From Phyllobates terribilis (lineage: Eukaryota): a stretch of DNA of 64,000 bases. The stretch spans positions 185,938,001 to 186,002,000 of the forward strand of contig NW_027362765.1 of NCBI RefSeq assembly GCF_046119375.1, in the 5' to 3' direction. Of this stretch, positions 43,981-56,384 are shown one piece after another. Made by a program: the position numbers and the translations under genes. A model generated the notes under the pieces. The model was given only the letters and a program-made list of their open reading frames with translations, did not search any database and had not been told where the DNA came from. Numbering within the stretch: the first letter of the stretch is position 1; the number at the start of each line of letters is the position of its first letter.

Positions 43981-46900
43981 GTTCGCTCAGAGAGGTCGAC
44001 CTAGACAAGAATAAATCCTCTCCATCTCTGCTGCTGTCAGTCTCAATCGTCTGCGGGGAGAACCGTTATTTCGAACTAGCCCAACTTGACTCTGGAGCAG
44101 CCGGGAATCTTATTTCACAGTCCCTGGTAGAGAAATACCGCATCCCCACCAAACCTCTGGCTGTACCCTTGTCTGTTGCTGCCGTGGATGGGGGTCTCTT
44201 ACCACGCCCCATCCAACTCATCACCGAATCCATTACTCTGCAGGTGGGAATGCTGCATTCTGAGAGTATCTCCTTTCATGTTCTGCCTGGACTCTCTCAC
44301 GCCCTCTTGCTAGGTCTACCTTGGCTCCAGAGACATGCACCCGTGCTTGACTGGCAGACCGGAGAAGTCCTTCGCTGGGGACAGGACTGCCATAAGACCT
44401 GTCTGGTTCCCGTCCATCCCGTCCGTCCTTCTCCTACCCCAGCTAATCTACCTGGACTTCCGATTCCTTATTGGTCTTATGCTGATGTCTTTAATAAAAA
44501 GGAGGCAGAGACACTACCCCCTCATAGACCATACGACTGCCCTATCGACCTGTTACCTGGTACTACTCCTCCCCGTGGGCGTATTTATCCATTATCCACT
44601 GCTGAGACCCGGTCGATGTCCGAATATATTGAGGAGAATCTGGCCAGGGGATTCATCCAGAAATCTACCTCCCCGGCGGGAGCAGGCTTCTTTTTCGTCA
44701 AAAAGAAGGACGGCTCTCTCCGTCCCTGTATAGACTATAGAGGCCTTAACCAGATCACGGTGAAGAATAAGTACCCCCTTCCGCTCATTCCGGAGTTATT
44801 TGATCGTCTGAGGGGGGCTAGAATCTTCACCAAACTGGACCTCCGTGGGGCGTACAACCTGGTTCGTATCCGTCAGGGGGATGAATGGAAGACGGCATTC
44901 AACACCCGGGACGGCCACTATGAATATCTGGTAATGCCCTTTGGTCTCTGTAACGCTCCTGCCGTCTTTCAAGAGTTGGTCAATGACATCTTCCAGGACC
45001 TTCTCTACTCCTGCGTAGTGGTGTACCTGGACGACATCTTGGTCTTCTCTCCGGATCTCCAGACTCACCGGAGGGACGTTCGTCAGGTTCTGCTCAGGCT
45101 CAGGCAGAATCACCTCTTCGCTAAATACGAGAAGTGCCTCTTTGAGCAGACCTCGCTTCCGTTTTTGGGCTACATTATTTCTCAGACCGGCCTACGAATG
45201 GATCCAGAGAAACTGTCTGCCATCGAGAAATGGCCTCGACCGGAGGGGTTGAAGGCCATTCAGCGGTTCCTGGGCTTCGCCAACTACTACCGCCTCTTCA
45301 TACCGCACATCTCTTCCCGGACTGCCCCAATTTCCGCGCTCACCCGTAAGGGTACTAATCCCAAAGAGTGGCCGCCCGAAGCAGAGGAGGCCTTTCTTTG
45401 CTTAAAACAGGCCTTCTCTTCCGCCCCGGTGCTGCATCGCCCGGACGTCAACAAGCAGTTCTTCCTGGAAGTTGACGCCTCCTCCTCTGGAGCCGGAGCG
45501 GTACTTACTCAAAAATCATCTTCCGGGAGGATGGTAACTTGCGGCTTCTTCTCTAAACTCTTCTCCTCCTCAGAGCGCAATTATTCCATAGGAGACCGAG
45601 AGTTATTGGCCATCAAACTGGCATTGGAGGAGTGGCGTTACCTGCTCGAGGGGGCTCTTCACCTGGTAATAATTTACACTGACCACAAGAACTTGGCTTA
45701 CCTCCAGCATGCCCAGAGACTTAACCCGCGCCAAGCCCGGTGGTCCTTGTTTTTTGCTCGCTTTGATTTTGTTCTTCATTTTCGCCCGGCTGACAAAAAC
45801 GTCAAGGCGGACGCCTTGTCTCGATCCTTTCTGGTGTCTGATCTCGAGGAAGATCCGAAACACATCATCGATCCCGCCAGAGTAATGCAGGTGGCTCCCG
45901 TGAGTCTAAATCGTCTCCCTCCCGGAAAGACGTTCGTATCAGTACCTGATCGGGAGAAGATCCTTCACTGGGGTCACTCGTCTAAACTGGCTGGCCACGC
46001 CGGTCAGAAAAAGACCCTCCAGCTTATTACCCGGCACTACTGGTGGCCTACCCTGCACAAGGACGTAATAGACTTTGTTTCTGCCTGTGTGTCCTGCGCC
46101 CGCAACAAGGTTCCGAGACATCTGCCAGCCGGTCGCCTCCTTCCGCTTTCTGTACCTGCTGCCCCCTGGCAGCATATAGCAATGGACTTTATAACTGACC
46201 TCCCAGTCTCTGCCGGTTGTACGGTCATTTGGGTGGTCGCTGACCGCTTCTCCAAGATGGCTCATTTCGTTCCCCTGCCAGGCCTCCCGTCTGCACCCGA
46301 GCTAGCTAAAGACTTTATTCGTCACATCTTTCGTCTTCATGGCCTGCCCCTCCACATCGTGTCGGATCGTGGGGTACAGTTCACCTCACGCTTCTGGAGA
46401 GCCACTTGTAAACTGCTAGACGTCACCCTGGACTTCTCTTCCGCTTACCACCCACAGTCCAATGGTCAAGTGGAGCGGATCAATCAGAACCTGACCAGTT
46501 ACCTCCGGCACTTCGTTAATGCCCATCATTCAGACTGGGTGGATCTCCTACCATGGGCCGAGTTCTCTTATAACAATCACGAGAGCGAATCCTCCTCCAA
46601 ATCCCCGTTTTTTGTAGTCTTCGGTCAGCATCCTCGGATTCCTTTTCCTGTCTCCACCTCTGTGGACAACCCGGCTGCGGAATCTCTCGTTAGCAAATTT
46701 TCCTCCATTTGGGAGAGTACCCGATCCGCACTCCTTCAGTCGTCCGAACGGATGAAAAGACACGCTGACAAAAAACGCCTGGATCCTCCACAATTTCGTC
46801 CTGGAGATAAAGTCTGGCTCTCATCTAAATATGTCCGACTCAAGATACCTTCTTACAAGTTAGGGCCTCGGTTCATCGGTCCTCTGGAGGTCATCAGTCA

Positions 46901-47387
46901 GATCAACCCGGTGGCCTATAAATTGAAACTCCCGGCCAACTTACGGATCCCTAACTCCTTCCATGTATCTCTCCTCAAACCTGTGGTACTTAACTCTTTT
47001 TCCAAGTCTACAGGTACGCCTCCTGCTCCGGTTTCTGCTGAGGACGAGTTTGAGGTAGAGAACATTCTTGCCACCAAAAGGGTAAGAGGAAAGACCTTTT
47101 TTCTAGTAGATTGGAAGGGGTTTGGTCCTGAGGAGAGAACGTGGGAGCCCCGGGAGAACATCCATGCCCCGCTCATCCTTGCTAAATTTCTGTCTGGCCT
47201 AAAAAAGGGGGGGCCTAAAGGGGGGGGTACTGTAGCGCCGGCGTCCCTGCCCTCTGCTAGGCAGGGACGCTGTTCCCCTCACCTCTCTGCTCCGTGCCCG
47301 GCGTCCTCCTCCCGCTCTGCTGGCAGCGCGCGCTCCTTCCCGGCCACTGTGCTTAGGGCGCGCGCGCGCGCTCTCCCTCCCTCTTAA
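43962..47387 (+). CDS. pol: Pol of copy 2 (PR-RT-RH-IN-chromodomain), via -1 frameshift
   Basis: GGGAAAC at 43962-43968; the -1 frame is open to 47387; same motifs as copy 1. Confidence 0.95.
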   Translation, partial: GKRLCLGSLREVDLDKNKSSPSLLLSVSIVCGENRYFELAQLDSGAAGNLISQSLVEKYRIPTKPLAVPLSVAAVDGGLLPRPIQLITESITLQVGMLHSESISFHVLPGLSHALLLGLPWLQRHAPVLDWQTGEVLRWGQDCHKTCLVPVHPVRPSPTPANLPGLPIPYWSYADVFNKKEAETLPPHRPYDCPIDLLPGTTPPRGRIYPLSTAETRSMSEYIEENLARGFIQKSTSPAGAGFFFVKKKDGSLRPCIDYRGLNQITVKNKYPLPLIPELFDRLRGARIFTKLDLRGAYNLVRIRQGDEWKTAFNTRDGHYEYLVMPFGLCNAPAVFQELVNDIFQDLLYSCVVVYLDDILVFSPDLQTHRRDVRQVLLRLRQNHLFAKYEKCLFEQTSLPFLGYIISQTGLRMDPEKLSAIEKWPRPEGLKAIQRFLGFANYYRLFIPHISSRTAPISALTRKGTNPKEWPPEAEEAFLCLKQAFSSAPVLHRPDVNKQFFLEVDASSSGAGAVLTQKSSSGRMVTCGFFSKLFSSSERNYSIGDRELLAIKLALEEWRYLLEGALHLVIIYTDHKNLAYLQHAQRLNPRQARWSLFFARFDFVLHFRPADKNVKADALSRSFLVSDLEEDPKHIIDPARVMQVAPVSLNRLPPGKTFVSVPDREKILHWGHSSKLAGHAGQKKTLQLITRHYWWPTLHKDVIDFVSACVSCARNKVPRHLPAGRLLPLSVPAAPWQHIAMDFITDLPVSAGCTVIWVVADRFSKMAHFVPLPGLPSAPELAKDFIRHIFRLHGLPLHIVSDRGVQFTSRFWRATCKLLDVTLDFSSAYHPQSNGQVERINQNLTSYLRHFVNAHHSDWVDLLPWAEFSYNNHESESSSKSPFFVVFGQHPRIPFPVSTSVDNPAAESLVSKFSSIWESTRSALLQSSERMKRHADKKRLDPPQFRPGDKVWLSSKYVRLKIPSYKLGPRFIGPLEVISQINPVAYKLKLPANLRIPNSFHVSLLKPVVLNSFSKSTGTPPAPVSAEDEFEVENILATKRVRGKTFFLVDWKGFGPEERTWEPRENIHAPLILAKFLSGLKKGGPKGGGTVAPASLPSARQGRCSPHLSAPCPASSSRSAGSARSFPATVLRARARALPPS

Positions 47388-48420
47388 AGGGGCCGCGCGC
47401 GCCGTCCTAAGGAGTCCCCGGCCAATGGCCGGAGGACTTCACCATATATAAGGCACCTCCTCCAAAATGGAGGTGCCCGAGCAATGTTGTTGCACTGTTC
47501 ACTACTCTGCTTCAGCCCTCAGGTCCCGTTGCCAGTTACCTGCCAGATACCTGCCAGATTCCTGCCAGCTTGCTGTCTTATTCCTGCCTGATATTCTGCT
47601 ACCTGCCTGCTAGCCTGAGGTCCGACGGTCTGCCTTACTATTCCTGTCAGTCTGTCTAAGGACCAGCTTGCCCGCTCACCTGGGAGCGCACATCAACTAC
47701 CTGCCTGCTTGCCTGAGGTCCGACGGTCTGCCTTCCAACTCTTGTCAGTCTGTCTATGGACCAGCTTGCCCGCTCACCTGGGAGCGCACATCTGCTACCT
47801 GCCTGCTAGCCTACCTGGAGGCTCTGCCGTCACGTGCTGTGACCACCTGCCTGTCCAGTGACTCCTGCCCGCTCACCTGGGAGCGCTCATCTGCTGCCTG
47901 TCTGCTAGCCTACCTGGAGGCTCTGCCGTCACGTGCTGTGACCACCCGCCTGTCCAGAGACTTCTGCCCGCTCACCTGGGAGCGCTCATCTGCCGGCTGT
48001 CTGTTGGTCTTCCTGGAGGCTCCGCCGTCACATGCTGTGACCACCCGTTTATCCAGAGACTCTCGCCTGCTCACCTGGGAGCTCACGTCTACCATCAGCC
48101 GCCACAGGTCGTACCAACCCTTTACTCAGAGACTGCCCCGGTCACTTGCCGTGACCATCTGCCCGTTCACCCAGAGACTGCCCCGGTCACTTGCCGTGAC
48201 CATCTGCCCGTTCACCCAGAGACTGCCCCGGTCACTTGCCGTGACCATCTGCCCGTTCATCCAGAGACTGCCCCGGTCACTTGCCGTGACCTCCTGCCCG
48301 TTCTTCTAGAGACTGTCCCGGTCACCTGCTGTGACTGCCTGCCTGGTCGCCACCCGCTCCCTTACAAGGACCGCCCCCTTGTATAGTAGCTCAGAGGTTC
48401 CGCCTCCCAGACCCGTTACA

Positions 48421-50747
48421 GATGTAAGTCGCTGAGCTGCGGGATGCGAACGGCGAAAGTGAGCACACAGCGACCGTGCCCTCTGCAGAAGGCCATCTAG
48501 TCTGGGATAGTGGGCTAAAAATTGCTGGACAACCAGGTTCAACACGTGAGCCATACAAGGCACGTGTGTGACATTGCCCCGGCGAAGGGCCGCACCCAGG
48601 TTTGCAGCATTGTCGCACACGGCCTTCCCTGGTTTCAGGTCCAGTGGAGACAACCATTCATGAAATTGGTTCTCCAGAGCTGACCACAACTCCTCAGCTG
48701 TGTGACTCACATTTCCCAGACATTTCAATGTAAAAACCGCCTGATGACGTTGAGCCCTACTGCCAGCATAGTAAGGAGGTGTGCAGGATCCCTTCTGCGC
48801 AGTTAGAAAGCTTGTGGCATGACCAGACAGGCTTTGGGTGCAGGTGGAAGACCGAGAGGAGGTTGAGGAGGCAGAAGCAGTGGAGGAACTTTGACATAAA
48901 GAGGATTGACGCACAACTCGTGGGGACGGCAAGACTTGGACAGCAGCCCCTTGTCCTGCTGTCACCATAGTTACCCAGTGCCCAGTCAGCGACATGTAAC
49001 GCCCCTGTCCATGCCTACTCGTCCAAGTGTCTGTGGTGAAATGCACCCTGTCACACACAGAGTTTCTCAAAGAAGCGGTGATGTTGTGTGCGACATGCTG
49101 GTGGAGCGCAGGCACACCTTTCTTTGAGAAGTAGTGCCGACTGGGCATCTGGTACTGGGGCACTGCGACGGACATAAGGTCTCGAAAATCCTCTGTGTCC
49201 ACCAGGCGGAAAGGCAGCATTTCTGTAGCCAAGAACTTGCAGATGGTGAAATTCAACCTCTTAGCTTTCTCATGGCTAGGAGGAAATGGTCTTTTACTTG
49301 TCCACATCTGAGGGACCGAAGGCTGGCTATTGTGCTTAGACGGGGTTGATAAGGGTGTCCCCGGCAAACTGCCGGTCTGTGAGGAAGATGCAGGCGGACA
49401 TGTTAGGTTGCCTTGATCCAAAGGTGGTGCTATCGATGTCGGACAGCGCTCAACACCAGCTGGTGTTACCACCTCCAAAGAAAATGATGACCTGCCAATC
49501 ACGCTGGCTGTTGCGGGTAAAGAGGTGGCAGGTCTGCGCCCCAAAACAGGTGTGACTGCTGTCCCCCCAGTCACAGAGGATGAAGAGGCCGCGGATGCAC
49601 AAGATATGGCAGACGGTGGTTGGCCCGGCCGGCTAGGCCGCATTGTAGCACACTGAGCTTCCCACTGCAACTTATGCTTCATGTCCATGTGCCGGTTCAT
49701 GCATGAAGTACTCAAACTATGTATTTTTTGGCCTCTACTTAGCTTTTGCTGACAAATATTACAGATAACACGAGTTGGGTCATCTTTATCGATCTGAAAA
49801 AATGCCCAGGCTATGCAAGGCTTAGCACCCATGCGACCTCAAGAGCCACCACGACTTGTGGTGAGAGGCAGAGTTGTGTTTGAGGATGCAGTTGTTGACG
49901 TGCTTCCAGTACTACGTCTCTGTCCAGGAAGGCACAACCTGACCTCGTCGTCACTAGCATCTTCCTCCACCTCCTCTGCTGACCTCATCTCTTGGCTGAC
50001 TGTGGGTTGACAGTAAGTGGGATCTCCAACCTCATCATCATCACCCTGTGCGTTATCACACCCGTCGTCCTCAGAGCCAACCTGTTCCTGCCCTGACAAA
50101 AAACTAAAGTTGTCGCTCCAATCAGGTATTTGAGTCTTATCATCGTCTTCCTCATTGTCTCCACCAACAGGAGTTACAGTTTGGGAATGAGGGTCTACAT
50201 TATGGTCAGAACCTTCTGCGACTGGTCCTGGATCCGACTCATAAAGATTCTGGGCATCAGTGCAGATCATTTCCTCGTCTGGATTCACAGAAGCGCTGGA
50301 GTCGACCTCTGATTCCCAGGCTATAGTATGAGTAAACAGCTCTGCAGACTCAACCATCTGTTCTACCTCATACTCAGACGGGCAGCTGGAGATTTGGGAG
50401 CTGTGAGGAAGCAAGTGCGATTGGGGTGACACCTTTGAGGACTGGAGTATTTGTGATGTTGAAGTTGATGTGGAGGAGAGCCCACTTAAAGGAGCACTTG
50501 ATATCCGTTGAAGCACCTGCTGTTTTTGTGCCTCATCTGGAATTTGTAGCGATTGGCGTGGCCGTAAGAAAGGGATCTTATCACATTGTCCGCTAAAAGA
50601 AGTAGACATTTTAGTTTGGCTGGAAGATGGTCTTTCTTCTGCAGATGTTACTGTTGCTTTAACACCTACCCCACGGACACAACCTTTTTTCCCCTTCCCA
50701 ACACGCCTATTCCCCTTTCCACCAGCAGCAGGCCTTTTTCCACTCAT
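48421..50747 (-). pseudogene. hAT transposase, N-terminal part (acidic region, BED finger, catalytic domain)
   Basis: AWAFF..VICNICQQKL..MNRHMDMKH, LATEMLPFRLVD, PSRHYF, FTTDTWTS, CDNAANL, PCMAHVLNLVVQ; one in-frame TGA at 49839-49841. Confidence 0.93.
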
Positions 50748-50865
50748 TTTGGTGGTTAACTAATTAACAACTCTGGAGTTGTTTGCACAAAAAAACAATG
50801 GATGGGAACCGAGCAGAGCTGAGTGGCCAAACTGTGGTATTAGGCCAAAACTATTGGCTGGGTTA

Positions 50866-53200
50866 GATGCAGAAAAAAATTATATTCAATTTGCAACCTG
50901 ATGGAGGTCAGTATAGATGGACTAATAGAGAAAGTCCCACACACTGCTAGAAGGCCAAATATTTTTTCAGAGCTAGATGCAGAAAAAAATATATTCAGTT
51001 TGCAACCTGATGGAGGTCTGTATAGATGGATTAATAGAACAAGTCCCACACACAGCTAGAAGCCCAATATTTTTTCAGAGGTAGATGCAGAAAAAAATAT
51101 ATTCAGTTTGCAACCTGATGGAGGTCAGTATAGATGGACTAATACAACAAGTCCCACACACAGCTAGAAGCCCAATATTTTCTCAGAGGTAGATGCAGAA
51201 AAAAATATATTCAGTTTGCAACCTGATAGAGGTCTGTATAGATGGATTAATAGAACAAGTCCCACACACAGCTAGAAGCCCAATATTTTTTCAGAGGTAG
51301 ATGCAGAAAAAAATATATTCAGTTTGCAACCTGATGGAGGTCAGTATAGATGGACTAATACAACAAGTCCCACACACAGCTAGAAGCCCAATATTTTTTC
51401 AGAGGTAGATGCAGAAAAAAATATATTCAGTTTGCAACCTGATGGAGGTCTGTATAGATGGATTAATAGAACAAGTCCCACACACAGCTAGAAGCCCAAT
51501 ATTTTTTCAGAGGTAGATGCAGAAAAAAATATATTCAGTTTGCAACCTGATGGAGGTCAGTATAGATGGACTAATACAACAAGTCCCACACACAGCTAGA
51601 AGCCCAATATTTTTTCAGAGGTAGATGCAGAAAAAAATATATTCAGTTTGCAACCTGATGGAGGTCTGTATAGATGGATTAATAGAACAAGTCCCACACA
51701 CAGCTAGAAGCCCAATATTTTTTCAGAGGTAGATGCAGAAAAAAATATATTCAGTTTGCAACCTGATGGAGGTCAGTATAGATGGACTAATACAACAAGT
51801 CCCACACACAGCTAGAAGCCCAATATTTTTTCAGAGGTAGATGCAGAAAAAAATATATTCAGTTTGCAACCTGATGGAGGTCTGTATAGATGGATTAATA
51901 GAACAAGTCCCACACACAGCTAGAAGCCCAATATTTTTTCAGAGGTAGATGCAGAAAAAAATATATTCAGTTTGCAACCTGATGAAGGTCAGTATAGATG
52001 GACTAATACAACAAGTCCCACACACAGCTAGAAGCCCAATATTTTTTCAGAGGTAGATGCAGAAAAAAATATATTCAGTTTGCAACCTGATGGAGGTCTG
52101 TATAGATGGACTAATACAACAGGTCCCACACACAGCTAGAAGCCCAATATTTTTTCAGAGGTAGATGCAGAAAAAAATATATTCAGTTTGCAACCTGATG
52201 GAGGTCAGTATAGATGGACTAATACAACAAGTCCCACACACAGCTAGAAGCCCAATATTTTTTCAGAGGTAGATGCAGAAAAAAATATATTCAGTTTGCA
52301 ACCTGATGGAGGTCTGTATAGATGGATTAATAGAACAAGTCCCACACACAGCTAGAAGCCCAATATTTTTTCAGAGGTAGATGCAGAAAAAAATATATTC
52401 AGTTTGCAACCTGATGAAGGTCAGTATAGATGGACTAATACAACAAGTCCCACACACAGCTAGAAGCCCAATATTTTTTCAGAGGTAGATGCAGAAAAAA
52501 ATATATTCAGTTTGCAACCTGATGGAGGTCTGTATAGATGGACTAATACAACAAGTCCCACACACAGCTAGAAGCCCAATATTTTTTCAGAGGTAGATGC
52601 AGAAAAAAATATATTCAGTTTGCAACCTGATGGAGGTCAGTATAGATGGACTAATACAACAAGTCCCACACACAGCTAGAAGCCCAATATTTTTTCAGAG
52701 GTAGATGCAGAAAAAAATATATTCAGTTTGCAACCTGATGGAGGTCAGTATAGATGGACTAATACAACAAGTCCCACACACAGCTAGAAGCCCAATATTT
52801 TTTCAGAGGTAGATGCAGAAAAAAATATATTCAGTTTGCAACCTGATGGAGGTCTGTATAGATGGATTAATAGAACAAGTCCCACACACAGCTAGAAGCC
52901 CAATATTTTTTCAGAGGTAGATGCAGAAAAAAATATATTCAGTTTGCAACCTGATGGAGGTCTGTATAGATGGATTAATAGAACAAGTCCCACACACAGC
53001 TAGAAGCCCAATATTTTTTCAGAGGTAGATGCAGAAAAAAATATATTCAGTTTGCAACCTGATGGAGGTCTGTATAGATGGATTAATAGAACAAGTCCCA
53101 CACACAGCTAGAAGCCCAATATTTTTTCAGAGCTAGATGCAGAAAAAAATTATATTCAATTTGCAACCTGATGGAGGTCAGTATAGATGGACTAATAGAA
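50866..53200. repeat. 108-bp tandem array (~22 units) inside the hAT element
   Basis: Unit GATGCAGAAAAAAATATATTCAGTTTGCAACCTGATGGAGGTC...CAGAGGTA; lines 540 bp apart (51061, 51601, 52141, 52681) start identically, giving 5 x 108. Confidence 0.97.
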
Positions 53201-56155
53201 TGATGCTATGCCCAAAAGATTTTACTTCACTAGGTGCAGTAAAAAAATTGGTATTCTATACACAGGTGGTATATCTTGCAACACAGATAGGCTACTCCAC
53301 TGACTAACACACTCTGCAATAGGCCAAAAAGGATTAGCTTTGCTAGATTCAGCCAAATGCTGTGAAAAAAACTTGCACAGCACTGGCACAGACCTGCCTG
53401 GCAAAAACTGATAGGAACTGATGTAACCTAGTCCTGAAAAGGACTGCAATTACAATTAGTCTTTACTCCCACAATCTATCTATTTAAGAGCACAGACCTG
53501 CCTGATAAAAATCGTAGGAAATGCTGTAACCTAGTCCTTAAAAGGACTGCAATCACAACTATTCCCTACTCCCAAGCTATCTGTAGATTTGTGCGAAAAT
53601 TGGCTTGAAATTAACAAGGTATAGCGCACACAGCAACAGCGGTGCCGTCTAACACGCAGCTGCAGCAGTGAGAAAATGGTGGCGACGGGGAAAATGGCTT
53701 GGTCTTATAGGGCAAGGACATGTGACATACACTGCCAATGACACATGCCCTTGCTTGTGTGAAAAAAAGCACTTCGCTCCGTGTGTGCGCTGCTGATAGG
53801 CTGACAGATTGCACCTCCCCACTGTAAATGCGGGAAAGAGAAAAAAAAAATGGAGATCTTCATTGTTCCTGCAGAGATCCATCCCCTGCCCCTCCCCCCA
53901 CCCCGCTGTACACTCAAACTGCGTATTAACATTAATTTTCATCATTACTGAGAAAAAATCCAGTTATGATTTTGGTGCACGAACAGTTATCGAACATAAC
54001 CTCGAACAGCCGAATTTTTCTCAAATTGTTCGTGTTCGCCGAACGGCTCGAACACCGCCCAAAACAGCTCGAATTTGAGATTGGCGAACAGTTCGAGTAG
54101 AACAACGCTCATCTCTAATTACAAGTCCCAAGATTTCTGCTCTGAACCACCGGGATACTTGTGGCTGCCAGTGCCCAGCCCACTAGAACCAATGGTGGTT
54201 GACAGCTAAACATGTTCTCAATTTTGGAAGAAAAACAATATGGTCTGGAGGCAGCAGGTGTATATATACAGTATGTGATCATTTTGTAGCAAGTCCAATC
54301 TATCGAGCAATTCAATATCAACTAAACAATGTAAAACCTTTTTTAATACTTTGTCCAAAAATACTGTATCATCCAGCCATAACCCCCAAAAACAAAGCCT
54401 ATTTTGTCACTACAGACTATAGGAATTTTTGCGCTTTCTGTTGCTTTTCTATCTGTTCATCGGTTACATGTAACTGATTAACTTTTAATAACACTTTCTT
54501 TCTTATCCTTGACGTCCTGGAAAAAAAAAAGCAATTTAATTATTTTTTTGTTGCGTTTTGATTTTTGTGCCATTTTCTATAAGTCATAAACAACACATAA
54601 CCTTTATTCCACTGGCTAGTACAGTTAAAATGATACCAAATGTATAGTTTTCTTGTTTTACTTCTTCATATACAGATAGCTCAGATCGTGGGCAAAAAAA
54701 AGTTTACACTTCAAGGGCCATATATATTTCATTTCTGGACATCAAAAACTCATCAACACTTTTCGATATAATTGTGAGCTGGGGCTCAATCTTGCAATCT
54801 CTTGTTTTTTGTAATTTTTTTTTGATGGCACACAGTGTGATTTACAGGGAACCTGTAAAGGGGACTTAACCCCCTAACATATTAAAAGCTCTTTATCAGC
54901 TTCCTAATAAGGTTTTTTGTTAGCCCCTTATTATATCTAGTAATTGCTGAAGCTTGTTCACATATTATGTTTAATCCTGGCTTGTGCACATGGACTAGTC
55001 AATTGATCTGAGGCCATTGTGACTTATCTCTGCAGGTCGGCCAGTATTATGCCCACAGAGGTCTGATTGGCATCCCAGCATGTGTAGGGAGGAGAAAAAG
55101 AGGGACTAATTCTCCTCCTCCCTGCACATTATGGGATGGCAATCTGCTGTTGTAGTGGTGCTAGAAAACTGCAGGGATGAGTGACGCCTGTCTTGGACCA
55201 GTCTGGGTACATGCGCCTGGATTTAACAATATTTTTACATAAACTGCGCAATGATTTGATATAATAAAGGAACATTAAAATAATATTAGAAAGCTGAGAA
55301 AGTGCTCCTAATTTATTATAGGGGTAAATCCTTTTGAAAGGTTTTATTTAAATACATTATACAATACCATATACATGTAGTTGGTTTTGAGATTTTTCAC
55401 AATAAAACCGTATTTTTTGCGAAAAATGTGTCATTTTTTTACTGTTCCACTTTTTTTTTAACATATATGCAGCTTAGTTAAAGGGATTTTTTTATAGTTG
55501 ACATGCCACTTCAGGGTATGCCCGTCAAGTTGTCAATATAGCATGCGCCATATATGCCTTATCAAGATTTAACATTTTAGGTCAAGTTTTCTACATCCTA
55601 AATCTGTTTTCTTTCATCTGCCTTCAGACTGGGTCATGCCATAACAAGACTTCTCACCATGATTTTTCTACAGGTCGATTCTACTGAATGTTTCATGCAA
55701 AAATGATGGTAAAACACACTGATTGCTCATATTAAAGGTAATTAAGCTTAACTTATCCTCATGGGCGTAGTCTCACTTTGATACAAGTAATGAAAATTAC
55801 ACATGATACATACGGAGCAACCCAAATGTTTGTACACACAACAGACTGCACAACAAAGGTGTTTAGATCATCTGTCGAATATCGAAAAGCAAGGTATTAA
55901 AATATCTTCAGGGATTGGGATTAAAAGCTAGAAGTATGAATTAACCAGGTTTTGACTGCATAACAGATGGGTGTGTTCTAAATATAAAGCTGGTTATTAT
56001 GTATAAAAAAGATAGTATTTTATATCTATAGAGCAGGATATCTATAGATAGGAACATTTTTGGAAATGATGTGGTCACTGATGTGGAATCTGGATCAATC
56101 AAGCAGAGATGTGTAAATAAATAAGTAGACTGCTTACTGCCTGCACCCCCATGTA

Positions 56156-56375
56156 CAGTGATGGACAAAAGTTTTGAGACTGAGACAGATATTGGGTTTC
56201 ACAGAGTTTGCTGATTCAATATTTTTAGACCTTAGTTTAGATTAGTCAGATGTTTCTATGGTTAAGTACAATTAAAAATTTCACAAGTTTTTAAGGTTTT
56301 ATTGTCACCCATATCAAGTTTATGCAAAGACTCAATATTTATAGTGTTGATCGTTATTTTTTAAGACTGCTGCAA
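56156..56375 (+). mobile_element. Tc1-type left terminus fragment
   Basis: TA followed by CAGTGATGGACAAAAGTTTTGAGAC. Confidence 0.55.
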
Positions 56376-56384
56376 TTTGCTGTC

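Larger units (their letters stand above)
41923..48420 (+). mobile_element. Full-length chromoviral Ty3/Gypsy element, copy 2, inserted in the hAT transposase
   Basis: TSD GATGT (41918-41922, 48421-48425); LTRs 41923-43028 and 47231-48420; self-priming PBS 43031-43040; PPT 47217-47227. Confidence 0.97.
35955..54117 (-). mobile_element. hAT DNA transposon, 18.2 kb with nested insertions
   Basis: 8-bp TSD ATTACAAG (35947-35954, 54118-54125); TIR TAGTGTTGAGC / GCTCATCTCTA (9/11 match); clustered GTTCG/CGAAC subterminal motifs at both ends; internal hAT transposase. Confidence 0.95.

Noticed and set aside
50866-53200. Tandem array as a CRISPR array
   Set aside because: The units are contiguous near-identical 108-mers with no unique spacers, there are no cas genes, and the context is eukaryotic.
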